A DNA stretch of 64,000 bases from Macrostomum lignano (Eukaryota). This document shows, piece after piece, positions 1 through 10,114 of this stretch. The stretch is from NCBI GenBank assembly GCA_002269645.1, contig NIVC01001347.1, forward strand, positions 143,128 through 207,127, written 5' to 3'. The position numbers and the translations under genes were made by a program. The first letter of the stretch is position 1. The number at the start of each line of letters is the position of its first letter. Under the pieces are notes generated by a model. The model did not search any database and was not told the origin of the DNA. It saw only the letters and a program-made list of their open reading frames with translations.

Positions 1-2
1 CA

Positions 3-1883
3 CCCTGCTGTCCTGCTTCCGGCCTTTGAGGATGAAAAGTAGCCATGCAGACGCAGCAGCCCCGAGTCACGAAATCCGAATCGGTTACCACTTGCAGTTT
101 CGCAAATACGAAGGACAACTCGGTAAGTTTTTGACCGATGACGGGAATGAAGAACGGCTAAATATATCCAAGATGGCCTCCATTCTCCAAACTTACTGCT
201 CCACCCCTTTGGTGGCGCTCGCTGATGAAACTTCCAGCATTTTAAATGGCTTGGCAGTTCAGAAATCAACAATTCGAAATCGCGCCACGAGTCTCCAGCG
301 TAGCTACTGAGCACCTCATGAACTCTGACGTTTTCGATGTAGCGTTTTGACTGAAGAACGTGGTATGGGCCGATGCTAAGCTCTTCCAGATTTCTTTCGT
401 CAACGCTGGGGAACCCTGAACTTTCAGGGTCCAGGGGATCCACTGCTGTCCATTTTCGGGTAGAACTCGTTGGTATTCGAGTCAAATCGCAATTGTACTC
501 AAGTTGCTCAATTTCGTCTAGCTCATTCGCAATGAAAAGACGTTTAGCAAAGTTCCGTCCGTATTCGAACATGGAGCAATCTGACCATGACGGCGGCAGA
601 CTCCTTGTAGCTTGAAATCCTGGATGCGAACGGTTGAATTTTGCCATGGAGTTTTCAATAACAACATCGAGCCGGCTGCGTTCGGTAAACTCTGGGGCAT
701 GTAGCCATTGGTACGGCTCCTGTCGCTCATTTATGCATTTGTCCTGCTTGATTGCAGCAAAGCTACATTCTACGAGATAACGGAAAAGCGTAGCGCAGCG
801 ACTTGTATTTGCTTCGATTGATGTAAGCTTTCCTGGTATTGATCGGTCACCAACAGGAGCCTCATTATTTACAAATTCAAACTGCTCGTTTAGAACTCGG
901 TCACCTGGACTGGTCGGAAATAGAAGCGTCGTGCAGCCTTTACTATTAGTCTCTATAAAGTCGCGGAAGTTAACCGAAGTTGGTGAACAAAGTTGGTGGC
1001 TGTAACCTTTGTCGAAAATGCCAATAACGTGATAATCTTTCTGTACAGAGCACAGAATGCGCAACAAAATGGGCTCTATTAGTCCTTCAGCCTCCATGTC
1101 AACTTGCATTGCAGTCAAATTCCCATCGCCCATTGTTGGCGAGATAGCGGCGGTAAGGGGAGCGGTGTAGATAATTTTTCCTCTACTGTTGACAACCGCC
1201 ATTTTTTTGTTCACATTCATTTTCTTGCCGGAAAAGTAAGTTCGAATTTGCGTGTGGTGTGAGCTGCTCTTAGGGAGATAAAAGTAAGTATGATCACCCA
1301 CTAGAAGAACAAGCTTCTTGCCTTTGAGTAGTGTGTGAAATACACCGAGAATAAATTGATCGCGTACTACATTTTCCTCAAGCAGAGTCTGAATCGGAGT
1401 CGACGCTATCGACCTCGGTTGATATGGATCCCGTAGGTACTGCTCCTTGGCAATCTCCCAAAAAATGTCGCATGCTCTTTGGGCAGAAATGTTGAAATCG
1501 AAAGCTAATGATTGAAAGCTGCAACCTTGGCGAAGCTTCTTCAGGTACAAAAATATTCGAGATGGCTTTGTCAAAATACGAAGGCGAGATACTTCTGGTA
1601 ACATTTCTGAGAAGCTATCGAAATCACTATAGCTAAGACCGCAAATACGTTTGAACTCCTTCTCATTTGCGGTTCGTGGAAAAAGGTTTGGGTTCAAAAA
1701 AACTTTCACATACTTACCACCGACCGCAAGAAACTGAAGCGCCTCTCGTGCGTTTCTCGGAGGCGCGAAGGCTCCAGACGATTCAGATGAGCAGCGACCA
1801 CATCTAGTCGTTTCGAGATGTCGGTTCAAATTGGCTGCTTTGCTGAATTGATGACCACATTGAGAGCAAGTAAAATCGGACAT
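3..1883 (-). CDS. DDE transposase (DDE_Tnp_4-like, PIF/Harbinger-ISL2EU group) with N-terminal C2H2 zinc finger, HTH and C-terminal SWIM-like region; 3' end runs off the window
   Basis: Manual translation from ATG 1883 gives 627 codons with no stop before position 1, which probably explains its absence from the ORF track. Motifs: FTCSQCGHQFSKAANLNRHLETTRC (C2H2-like), RIFLYLKKLRQGCSFQSLAFDFNISAQRACDIFW (HTH_Tnp_4-like), LVGDHTYFY (D197), GIFDKGYS (D291), LTSIEANTSRCATLFRYLVECSFAAIKQ (E372), LSIGPYHVLQSKRYI, HSRHRSKTY and GYFSSSKAGSRTAG. Confidence 0.9.
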   Translation of the reverse strand, partial: MSDFTCSQCGHQFSKAANLNRHLETTRCGRCSSESSGAFAPPRNAREALQFLAVGGKYVKVFLNPNLFPRTANEKEFKRICGLSYSDFDSFSEMLPEVSRLRILTKPSRIFLYLKKLRQGCSFQSLAFDFNISAQRACDIFWEIAKEQYLRDPYQPRSIASTPIQTLLEENVVRDQFILGVFHTLLKGKKLVLLVGDHTYFYLPKSSSHHTQIRTYFSGKKMNVNKKMAVVNSRGKIIYTAPLTAAISPTMGDGNLTAMQVDMEAEGLIEPILLRILCSVQKDYHVIGIFDKGYSHQLCSPTSVNFRDFIETNSKGCTTLLFPTSPGDRVLNEQFEFVNNEAPVGDRSIPGKLTSIEANTSRCATLFRYLVECSFAAIKQDKCINERQEPYQWLHAPEFTERSRLDVVIENSMAKFNRSHPGFQATRSLPPSWSDCSMFEYGRNFAKRLFIANELDEIEQLEYNCDLTRIPTSSTRKWTAVDPLDPESSGFPSVDERNLEELSIGPYHVLQSKRYIENVRVHEVLSSYAGDSWRDFELLISELPSHLKCWKFHQRAPPKGWSSKFGEWRPSWIYLAVLHSRHRSKTYRVVLRICETASGNRFGFRDSGLLRLHGYFSSSKAGSRTAG

Positions 1884-2197
1884 TACTAGCAAGTATAAAA
1901 CGCAATCTGCAACAAATCTGCACCTGTCATAAAACTAAGTAAGAAAAACTGACCAAAACCTTAACTTCATTAATATATCACTTAAAATATATCACTTAAA
2001 CTAATGCTACAAATACTTGACGCACAGTATCAAAAATCTCTCGCCTAAAGTGGTCAAATCAAAACCGCGAAAACATTCTCAAAAATCCGGAAAAATTAAA
2101 CGACGGAAATATTACAATGCAAACAATATATAATAGCTAAAATAAAATACACCCGCTAATGCGATATTCGAATAGAATAGAGCTTCGTCACTTGAAA

Positions 2198-5100
2198 CCG
2201 GATGGGATGTCTCGGCGATTCTACTCGTCTGGGCCGACAAGTTATCGATTGCAATCGGTTTGGTCCGGAGCTGAACTTCGGGCTCCATTCCAGAGCCTTA
2301 AGTTGACATGAGATCCCCATTTTATCCCCTTTATCCCCTGGGACCCCAAGGAAGGGAGCCGGATGGGATGTCTCGGCGATTCTAGTCGTCTGGGCCGACA
2401 AGTTATCGATTGCAGTCGGTTTGGTCCGGAGCTGAACTTCGGGCTCCATTCCAGAGCCTTAAGTTTACATGAGATCCCCATTTTATCCCCTTTATCCCCT
2501 GGGACCCCAAGGAAGGGAGCCGGATGGGATGTCTCGGCGATTCTAGTCGTCTGGGCCGACAAGTTATCGATTGCAGTCGGTTTGGTCCGGAGCTGAACTT
2601 CGGGCTCCATTCCAGAGCCTTAAGTTGACATGAGATCCCCATTTTATCCCCTTTATCCCCTGGGACCCCAAGGAAGGGAGCCGGATGGGATGTCTCGGCG
2701 ATTCTAGTCGTCTGGGCCGACAAGTTATCGATTGCAGTCGGTTTGGTCCGGAGCTGAACTTCGGGCTCCATTCCAGGGCCTTAAGTTGACATGAGATCCC
2801 CATTTTATCCCCTTTATCCCCTGGGACCCCAAGGAAGGGAGCCGGATGGGATGTCTCGGCGATTCTAGTCGTCTGGGCCGACAAGTTATCGATTGCAGTC
2901 GGTTTGGTCCGGAGCTGAACTTCGGGCTCCATTCCAGAGCCTTAAGTTGACATGAGATCCCCATTTTATCCCCTTTATCCCCTGGGACCCCAAGGAAGGG
3001 AGCCGGATGGGATGTCTCGGCGATTCTAGTCGTCTGGGCCGACAAGTTATCGATTGCAATCGGTTTGGTCCGGAGCTGAACTTCGGGCTCCATTCCAGAG
3101 CCTTAAGTTGACATGAGATCCCCATTTTATCCCCTTTATCCCCTGGGACCCCAAGGAAGGGAGCCGGATGGGATGTCTCGGCGATTCTAGTCGTCTGGGC
3201 CGACAAGTTATCGATTGCAATCGGTTTGGTCCGGAGCTGAACTTCGGGCTCCATTCCAGAGCCTTAAGTTGACATGAGATCCCCATTTTATCCCCTTTAT
3301 CCCCTGGGACCCCAAGGAAGGGAGCCGGATGGGATGTCTCGGCGATTCTAGTCGTCTGGGCCGACAAGTTATCGATTGCAATCGGTTTGGTCCGGAGCTG
3401 AACTTCGGGCTCCATTCCAGAGCCTTAAGTTTACATGAGATCCCCATTTTATCCCCTTTATCCCCTGGGACCCCAAGGAAGGGAGCCGGATGGGATGTCT
3501 CGGCGATTCTAGTCGTCTGGGCCGACAAGTTATCGATTGCAGTCGGTTTGGTCCGGAGCTGAACTTCGGGCTCCATTCCAGAGCCTTAAGTTGACATGAG
3601 ATCCCCATTTTATCCCCTTTATCCCCTGGGACCCCAAGGAAGGGAGCCGGATGGGATGTCTCGGCGATTCTAGTCGTCTGGGCCGACAAGTTATCGATTG
3701 CAGTCGGTTTGGTCCGGAGCTGAACTTCGGGCTCCATTCCAGGCCTTAAGTTGACATGAGATCCCCATTTTATCCCCTTTATCCCCTGGGACCCCAAGGA
3801 AGGGAGCCGGATGGGATGTCTCGGCGATTCTAGTCGTCTGGGCCGACAACTTATCGATTGCAGTCGGTTTGGGCCGGAGCTGAACTTCGGGCTCCATTCC
3901 AGAGCCTTAAGTTGACATGAGATCCCCATTTTATCCCCTTTATCCCCTGGGACCCCAAGGAAGGGAGCCGGATGGGATGTCTCGGCGATTCTAGTCGTCT
4001 GGGCCGACAAGTTATCGATTGCAATCGGTTTGGTCCGGAGCTGAACTTCGGGCTCCATTCCAGAGCCTTAAGTTGACATGAGATCCCCATTTTATCCCCT
4101 TTATCCCCTGGGACCCCAAGGAAGGGAGCCGGATGGGATGTCTCGGCGATTCTAGTCGTCTGGGCCGACAAGTTATCGATTGCAGTCGGTTTGGTCCGGA
4201 GCTGAACTTCGGGCTCCATTCCAGAGCCTTAAGTTGACATGAGATCCCCATTTTATCCCCTTTATCCCCTGGGACCCCAAGGAAGGGAGCCGGATGGGAT
4301 GTCTCGGCGATTCTAGTCGTCTGGGCCGACAAGTTATCGATTGCAGTCGGTTTGGTCCGGAGCTGAACTTCGGGCTCCATTCCAGAGCCTTAAGTTGACA
4401 TGAGATCCCCATTTTATCCCCTTTATCCCCTGGGACCCCAAGGAAGGGAGCCGGATGGGATGTCTCGGCGATTCTAGTCGTCTGGGCCGACAAGTTATCG
4501 ATTGCAGTCGGTTTGGTCCGGAGCTGAACTTCGGGCTCCATTCCAGAGCCTTAAGTTGACATGAGATCCCCATTTTATCCCCTTTATCCCCTGGGACCCC
4601 AAGGAAGGGAGCCGGATGGGATGTCTCGGCGATTCTAGTCGTCTGGGCCGACAAGTTATCGATTGCAGTCGGTTTGGTCCGGAGCTGAACTTCGGGCTCC
4701 ATTCCAGGGCCTTAAGTTGACATGAGATCCCCATTTTATCCCCTTTATCCCCTGGGACCCCAAGGAAGGGAGCCGGATGGGATGTCTCGGCGATTCTAGT
4801 CGTCTGGGCCGACAACTTATCGATTGCAGTCGGTTTGGGCCGGAGCTGAACTTCGGGCTCCATTCCAGAGCCTTAAGTTGACATGAGATCCCCATTTTAT
4901 CCCCTTTATCCCCTGGGACCCCAAGGAAGGGAGCCGGATGGGATGTCTCGGCGATTCTAGTCGTCTGGGCCGACAAGTTATCGATTGCAATCGGTTTGGT
5001 CCGGAGCTGAACTTCGGGCTCCATTCCAGAGCCTTAAGTTGACATGAGATCCCCATTTTATCCCCTTTATCCCCTGGGACCCCAAGGAAGGGAGCCGGAT

Positions 5101-5853
5101 GGGATGTCTCGGCGATTCTAGTCGTCTGGGCCGACAAGTTATCGATTGCAGTCGGTTTGGTCCGGAGCTGAACTTCGGGCTCCATTCCAGAGCCTTAAGT
5201 TGACATGAGATCCCCATTTTATCCCCTTTATCCCCTGGGACCCCAAGGAAGGGAGCCGGATGGGATGTCTCGGCGATTCTAGTCGTCTGGGCCGACAAGT
5301 TATCGATTGCAGTCGGTTTGGTCCGGAGCTGAACTTCGGGCTCCATTCCAGAGCCTTAAGTTGACATGAGATCCCCATTTTATCCCCTTTATCCCCTGGG
5401 ACCCCAAGGAAGGGAGCCGGATGGGATGTCTCGGCGATTCTAGTCGTCTGGGCCGACAAGTTATCGATTGCAGTCGGTTTGGTCCGGAGCTGAACTTCGG
5501 GCTCCATTCCAGAGCCTTAAGTTGACATGAGATCCCCATTTTATCCCCTTTATCCCCTGGGACCCCAAGGAAGGGAGCCGGATGGGATGTCTCGGCGATT
5601 CTAGTCGTCTGGGCCGACAAGTTATCGATTGCAGTCGGTTTGGTCCGGAGCTGAACTTCGGGCTCCATTCCAGAGCCTTAAGTTGACATGAGATCCCCAT
5701 TTTATCCCCTTTATCCCCTGGGACCCCAAGGAAGGGAGCCGGATGGGATGTCTCGGCGATTCTAGTCGTCTGGGCCGACAAGTTATCGATTGCAGTCGGT
5801 TTGGTCCAGAGCTGAACTTCGGGCTCCATTCTGGTGCTTAAGTTGACATCCCC
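2198..5853. repeat. 161-bp tandem satellite, ~22.7 copies, nearly identical units
   Basis: Repeated minus-strand ATGs fall at 161-bp spacing (2288, 2449, 2610 ... 5829), with one 1-bp deletion near 3741. Unit: CCGGATGGGATGTCTCGGCGATTCTAGTCG...GAGATCCCCATTTTATCCCCTTTATCCCCTGGGACCCCAAGGAAGGGAG. Confidence 0.98.
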
Positions 5854-7260
5854 TTTGGCCATTTAGCTCGTAGTAATCTCTAGGTTCGGTCAATATCCTC
5901 CTGATATTGTTTTTAACATCCTTTCAAGCTGTCATTTGTTCTTTGTTTCTGAAAATAGCTGACACTGAAAAGCGGAAATTAAAACCTTCTACGATTACTT
6001 TCCTGTGGGTTTGCTACTAAAATTGCTGCTTTTAACATGCATTTATGAAAATTACCGCTTCTATAAATATCGCGTACATTGTACTTGCTAGATATATCAT
6101 TATTGATTTGCCAAATGTGGAAAAAACTCATCTATCAAGCAATTTAATAGACGGAGTTTTCATTTATGTAAACTACTCAAGCGCAATGTGGAATTATCCG
6201 TCAATATAGACTTTCAACCCGAATTTTCCATTAATTACGGTGTAGAAGGTGGTCCCAATATCTGACAAGAAATAGGTAAACATTCCGTATCTAGCAAGTA
6301 GCATTTGTACACACTCAGAAGTAACTGATACATTCTGTATCAGCTATCTGTGGAATAAAAATTTAGACGTTATAAAGCATTACACTTATACTAGTAGTTC
6401 GTCACTAGACAGGAAAATTCTTTTTCTGCATGCTCCAAATCAAGAAGACAGTCATTAAATTCTTCGAAAGGCGAAGAGACGCATCTACCTAAGAATAGAT
6501 TTTAGACTTGTTTTAATGATACGGCCCCTATGGAGGCATAAAATAAATCCACTTATACAGGTTTTTACTCCACTAATCAGCTTTGAAAATTGAGACACAA
6601 AAATGGTCATCAATTTCAGAATTCAAAAGAAAATTACCCAACCTTACATTAGATCAAAGGACTACTGTTTTTAAGGTAGAGCCTGCAATTAGGTAACACT
6701 AAAAAGATAGCGAATTGAACCTATAAAAGAGCATAGGTGCCATTAAGGATTAATTGAGGGCCTTTAGTTAGGGAATAAATTAGCCCAAAACTGAAATTCC
6801 ATATAAAAGATAGTAAAATTTCACTTGATAAAATTTTATAGTAGCATTCAATAAGGAATTTGGAGGGCTCAATTTGAAAGCGGATCGCAAAAGCCAACAA
6901 TCTGACACGGCTGCTGCTTTTAAATAATTCTGCACGAAACCTGTCAATCAATCTTTGAACAGGTACTGTAGATGCCATTTAAAACTGCTGCTTTTTCAAT
7001 CAAACTGCTATATCGACTCTGTTATAGGTTACAACTCTGCACTTTTATAGTTACTAAATCAGAATAGACATAGAGCCTACAGCCAAAAAAGCAATTTAGT
7101 GTCTGTAATATTCGAAAAGCTCTCCGCTATAGCTCGTAGAATCGCTGCACATAAAAGTTGGCGCATCGAACGGCCACTTAATCTGTCATTTGTTCTAAAG
7201 CAAAGTGCCTGGTAGATAGCTTTTTTTGCTTCGCCTAGTTGGCATGACACAAGCAAATAT

Positions 7261-7412
7261 TTTCAACGCATTTCGTTGGAATACAACTAGACCAAAAGAT
7301 CATTGACGAGGCTGTTTCTGTGCGTAGCCGATTTTCAACGCATTTCAACGCATTTCGTTGGAATTCAACTGGACCAAAAGATCATTGACGAGGCTGTTTC
7401 TGTGCGTAGCCG
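7261..7412. repeat. Short direct duplication (~70 bp, two copies)
   Basis: TTCAACGCATTTCGTTGGAAT...GAGGCTGTTTCTGTGCGTAGCCGA occurs twice with about two substitutions. Confidence 0.85.
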
Positions 7413-8298
7413 ATAAGGTAGCTGATATTCTAGGAAATATAACTAACAAAACTACTAACTGCAGCAAGAAGTGTAGCAGAAAGCCTATGAGAATCCTTGT
7501 GTGCATTAGCAAAGCTTTTAAAATGCTTCCATGCTTCCATAGAAGACTTTCAAGGACGGGCGATTCACGTATGGATTCGGGAAATTTTATTACAAAATCG
7601 TTATTATTTTTGACTTTGCAAACGTCATCCATTTAGGGATTTCGATACAATCACAGGCTGATTTTTTACTCAGCAAAAGTAAGAAGTCTCTACCATTGAT
7701 TTTATCTTCTTAGTACCTTTGATTTGTACCTCAAGCCCAAAATTGATACCTTACGAGCGTAGAGCACTACGACATACAAATAGCTTAAGACTCGATATCT
7801 CCCTTAGTTTTTTCATGTTACACCCAGTGAGACAATGTATGGTATTATTAATCAAGACAAGTGAAACGTCAGACCGTACGAAGACCACTTCAAAAAGTGG
7901 TGTGGTAGACTGTCAGACTAAACGTTGACATTTATTTATGCATGTACGCTCGTACTTATCGACACAGAATGCATCACCGAAGTACAAGTGCAGGTGCAAT
8001 CAATTAAAAGCTACAACAAACTTAAATTTTTGGGATTTTTTGTTAATTATGTACAAATGCGCAGTTCAGGAGCTGTGCAGGACATCGAATAAAAGCTGTG
8101 CATTAAAGTGTAACGATTTTACATCTATATACAACAAGTGTTCTGGCAGAATGGTGCAAAGAGACGAGCAGAACGAAACGCAGCTGCAATAAAAGGAGAA
8201 ATAATAATCCAAATTGTTTTCTGGTTCACAAGTCTTGATTTATCAATACCCTCGATTCTCAAACATATGCAGTTGATCGGGCAGAACCGAGCACAAGT

Positions 8299-9498
8299 TC
8301 ACACAAAGCCACTGTCCATGCGAGAGTGGCGCGGCGACTCGCAACAGGCGACATTGGCGGACACGGAGTCCTCAAAGCCGCACCGCAGTGGCTGGGCAGC
8401 TTCCGGACCTTTTTCAACTGTGCCCGAAGAACCGTGCTGTTGAAGCCGCTGTCCAATAGAGCAATGACCCTCGGCAGTGCATCGGAGGCCGCAGGACACT
8501 TTGCGATTGTTGACTTTCGGTTGCAGACAATTCATACGGATGTGCAAAAAGCCAAGCAGTTGGATTCGGAAGTTGCGGCACATAACAAAATAGATGGCAA
8601 AGTTCAAGCCGGAGTCGATACTAATTAATAGCGACTTGATCTCGCCAAGAATGTTTAACCAGTCTGGCATATTCGAGCTTAGTGACATTGACGATGTTAA
8701 ATTCGCAATGCTGCAGAATAGTTCGTAGAATAAGTGAGGAAATGACAAACCAAAGAAAGTTCCAGACACAAGCAGCAGAGTTTTTGTCGCTTTTAGATTG
8801 CTGTCTACATGAGCTGGCAGATCTGTCCACTGGCGCCGGCGTCGGGTAAGGTGGCTGGTCATCACGCAGGTTAGAGTCATAACTACAATAATCGGAATTC
8901 CGGTGCTAAGCACTACCTCGATAGAGATGGTTACGTCGAAAATGTACTCTTCATTAACGCTCGTAGTTATTAAGTCCATAGCGATGGTGAAAGCGGCCGA
9001 GAACGCGGTCAAGCCGAACAGAAGGGCAGCCTGCTGGCGATAGTTAAACTCAATAGGAGCAGACAGAGGTCGAACGACTACAGAATACCTAGCCGATGTC
9101 ATAGCTACAATCCACCAACTGCGAGCTAGATATGAAACTTTCCAGGCTGTGGTGAACCATTTCAGATAGTAGCGGCAGTGCGGATGACTGGCTTGATTGG
9201 AATGGGTGACCGTGTCAGCCACGAATGCCATAGCGCTGCGAGCGGACAGGCACAGGTTCATAAAGACATCGATTGCTACAAGCAGGCTGAAGCCTTTGGC
9301 CTGAGTAGACGACTGGAACACGGCGGCCAGCACTACGCAATTGAGCAGTGCGCTCAACGAGCACACAGCCAAGCGGATCAGATGACTGGCTGGCGAACCC
9401 AGCAAACAGGTGCTGTTGTCAAATGCTGGTAAAGACGGACTAACAATAAGGATGGTGCTTTGGACAGTAGCCAGCTCCATGGAGTAAGTTGCTGTCAT
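8299..9498 (-). CDS. Intronless class A (rhodopsin-like) GPCR, divergent peptide-receptor-like, 399 aa
   Basis: Seven hydrophobic segments. TM1 LLNCVVL, TM3 end AMTSARYSVVVRPL (DRY equivalent), TM5 IPIIVVMTLT, TM6 FFGLSFPH, TM7 IDSGLNFAIYFVMCRNFR. Confidence 0.88.
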   Translation of the reverse strand: MTATYSMELATVQSTILIVSPSLPAFDNSTCLLGSPASHLIRLAVCSLSALLNCVVLAAVFQSSTQAKGFSLLVAIDVFMNLCLSARSAMAFVADTVTHSNQASHPHCRYYLKWFTTAWKVSYLARSWWIVAMTSARYSVVVRPLSAPIEFNYRQQAALLFGLTAFSAAFTIAMDLITTSVNEEYIFDVTISIEVVLSTGIPIIVVMTLTCVMTSHLTRRRRQWTDLPAHVDSNLKATKTLLLVSGTFFGLSFPHLFYELFCSIANLTSSMSLSSNMPDWLNILGEIKSLLISIDSGLNFAIYFVMCRNFRIQLLGFLHIRMNCLQPKVNNRKVSCGLRCTAEGHCSIGQRLQQHGSSGTVEKGPEAAQPLRCGFEDSVSANVACCESPRHSRMDSGFV

Positions 9499-10114
9499 GG
9501 CTAACTTTCAAGCGAATTAAGATCGATACGCAAGTGTGGAGGAGGAACACGCTTTCAGCCTTTCGTTTCGCTTTTAAATGATAAAGCCGATTCACCAGGG
9601 AGGACATCCTACCCGATTTCTAGCGCCTGCATTGGCTAGCTGGAGGCCGCAGCCAATCTGAACTAATCGCAAAAAAATTCAATGTCTTTCTGAAGCCCTA
9701 TTTTATCCAAAGAAGCATGAAATAATGTCATGCATTTTGCAAGTTTTACTGCAATCTAGCCAATGGGATTTGAATTCTTCATAAATCACAGGAAAACAGC
9801 AACGTTTCAAGAGAAACCTTTTTAGTCGATTTCGATTTTTTCTTGGAATTTCTCTCCAGTGCTACATGCCATAGTACCTACATCGTATTTGCAGCGCTTA
9901 ATTGAATCAGTCAGCTGCTGAGTGCAAATCAGATAGGCTAGTATTTTTGCATGTATTGCATTCTCTCGGGACAGACAGTACTAACACTTATACATGTACA
10001 ACCAATACCAAAGAGCGTAAAGCAAAATTCTGAGCCTTATATCACGGAAAGAAGGCGTACGTATATACAAGACTAAAGTCCAATTTATAAGCGAAGCGTA
10101 AAAATAAATAAAGC

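Larger units (their letters stand above)
1..5853 (-). mobile_element. Putative autonomous DNA transposon (5' part): transposase plus subterminal 161-bp array; other end outside the window
   Basis: The transposase ATG lies 315 bp from the array. The array ends in a truncated unit CTTAAGTTGACATCCCC|TTTGGCCAT followed by unrelated AT-rich DNA. The partner TIR cannot be seen, so the boundary is inferred. Confidence 0.55.

Noticed and set aside
26-730. Short ORFs of 94, 80 and 70 aa listed in the track
   Set aside because: They are antisense or out-of-frame shadows of the long transposase ORF.
2198-5853. CRISPR-like or guide-RNA array next to a nuclease-fold protein
   Set aside because: Units are near-identical along their whole length with no unique spacers, no cas or TnpB/Fanzor-like RuvC gene is visible, and the context is eukaryotic.
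2156-5862. About 22 repeated 122-aa ORFs (MEPEVQLRTKP...)
   Set aside because: 161 is not a multiple of 3, so each ORF drifts through frames and ends at the same stop. These are a by-product of the satellite and show no protein-like features.
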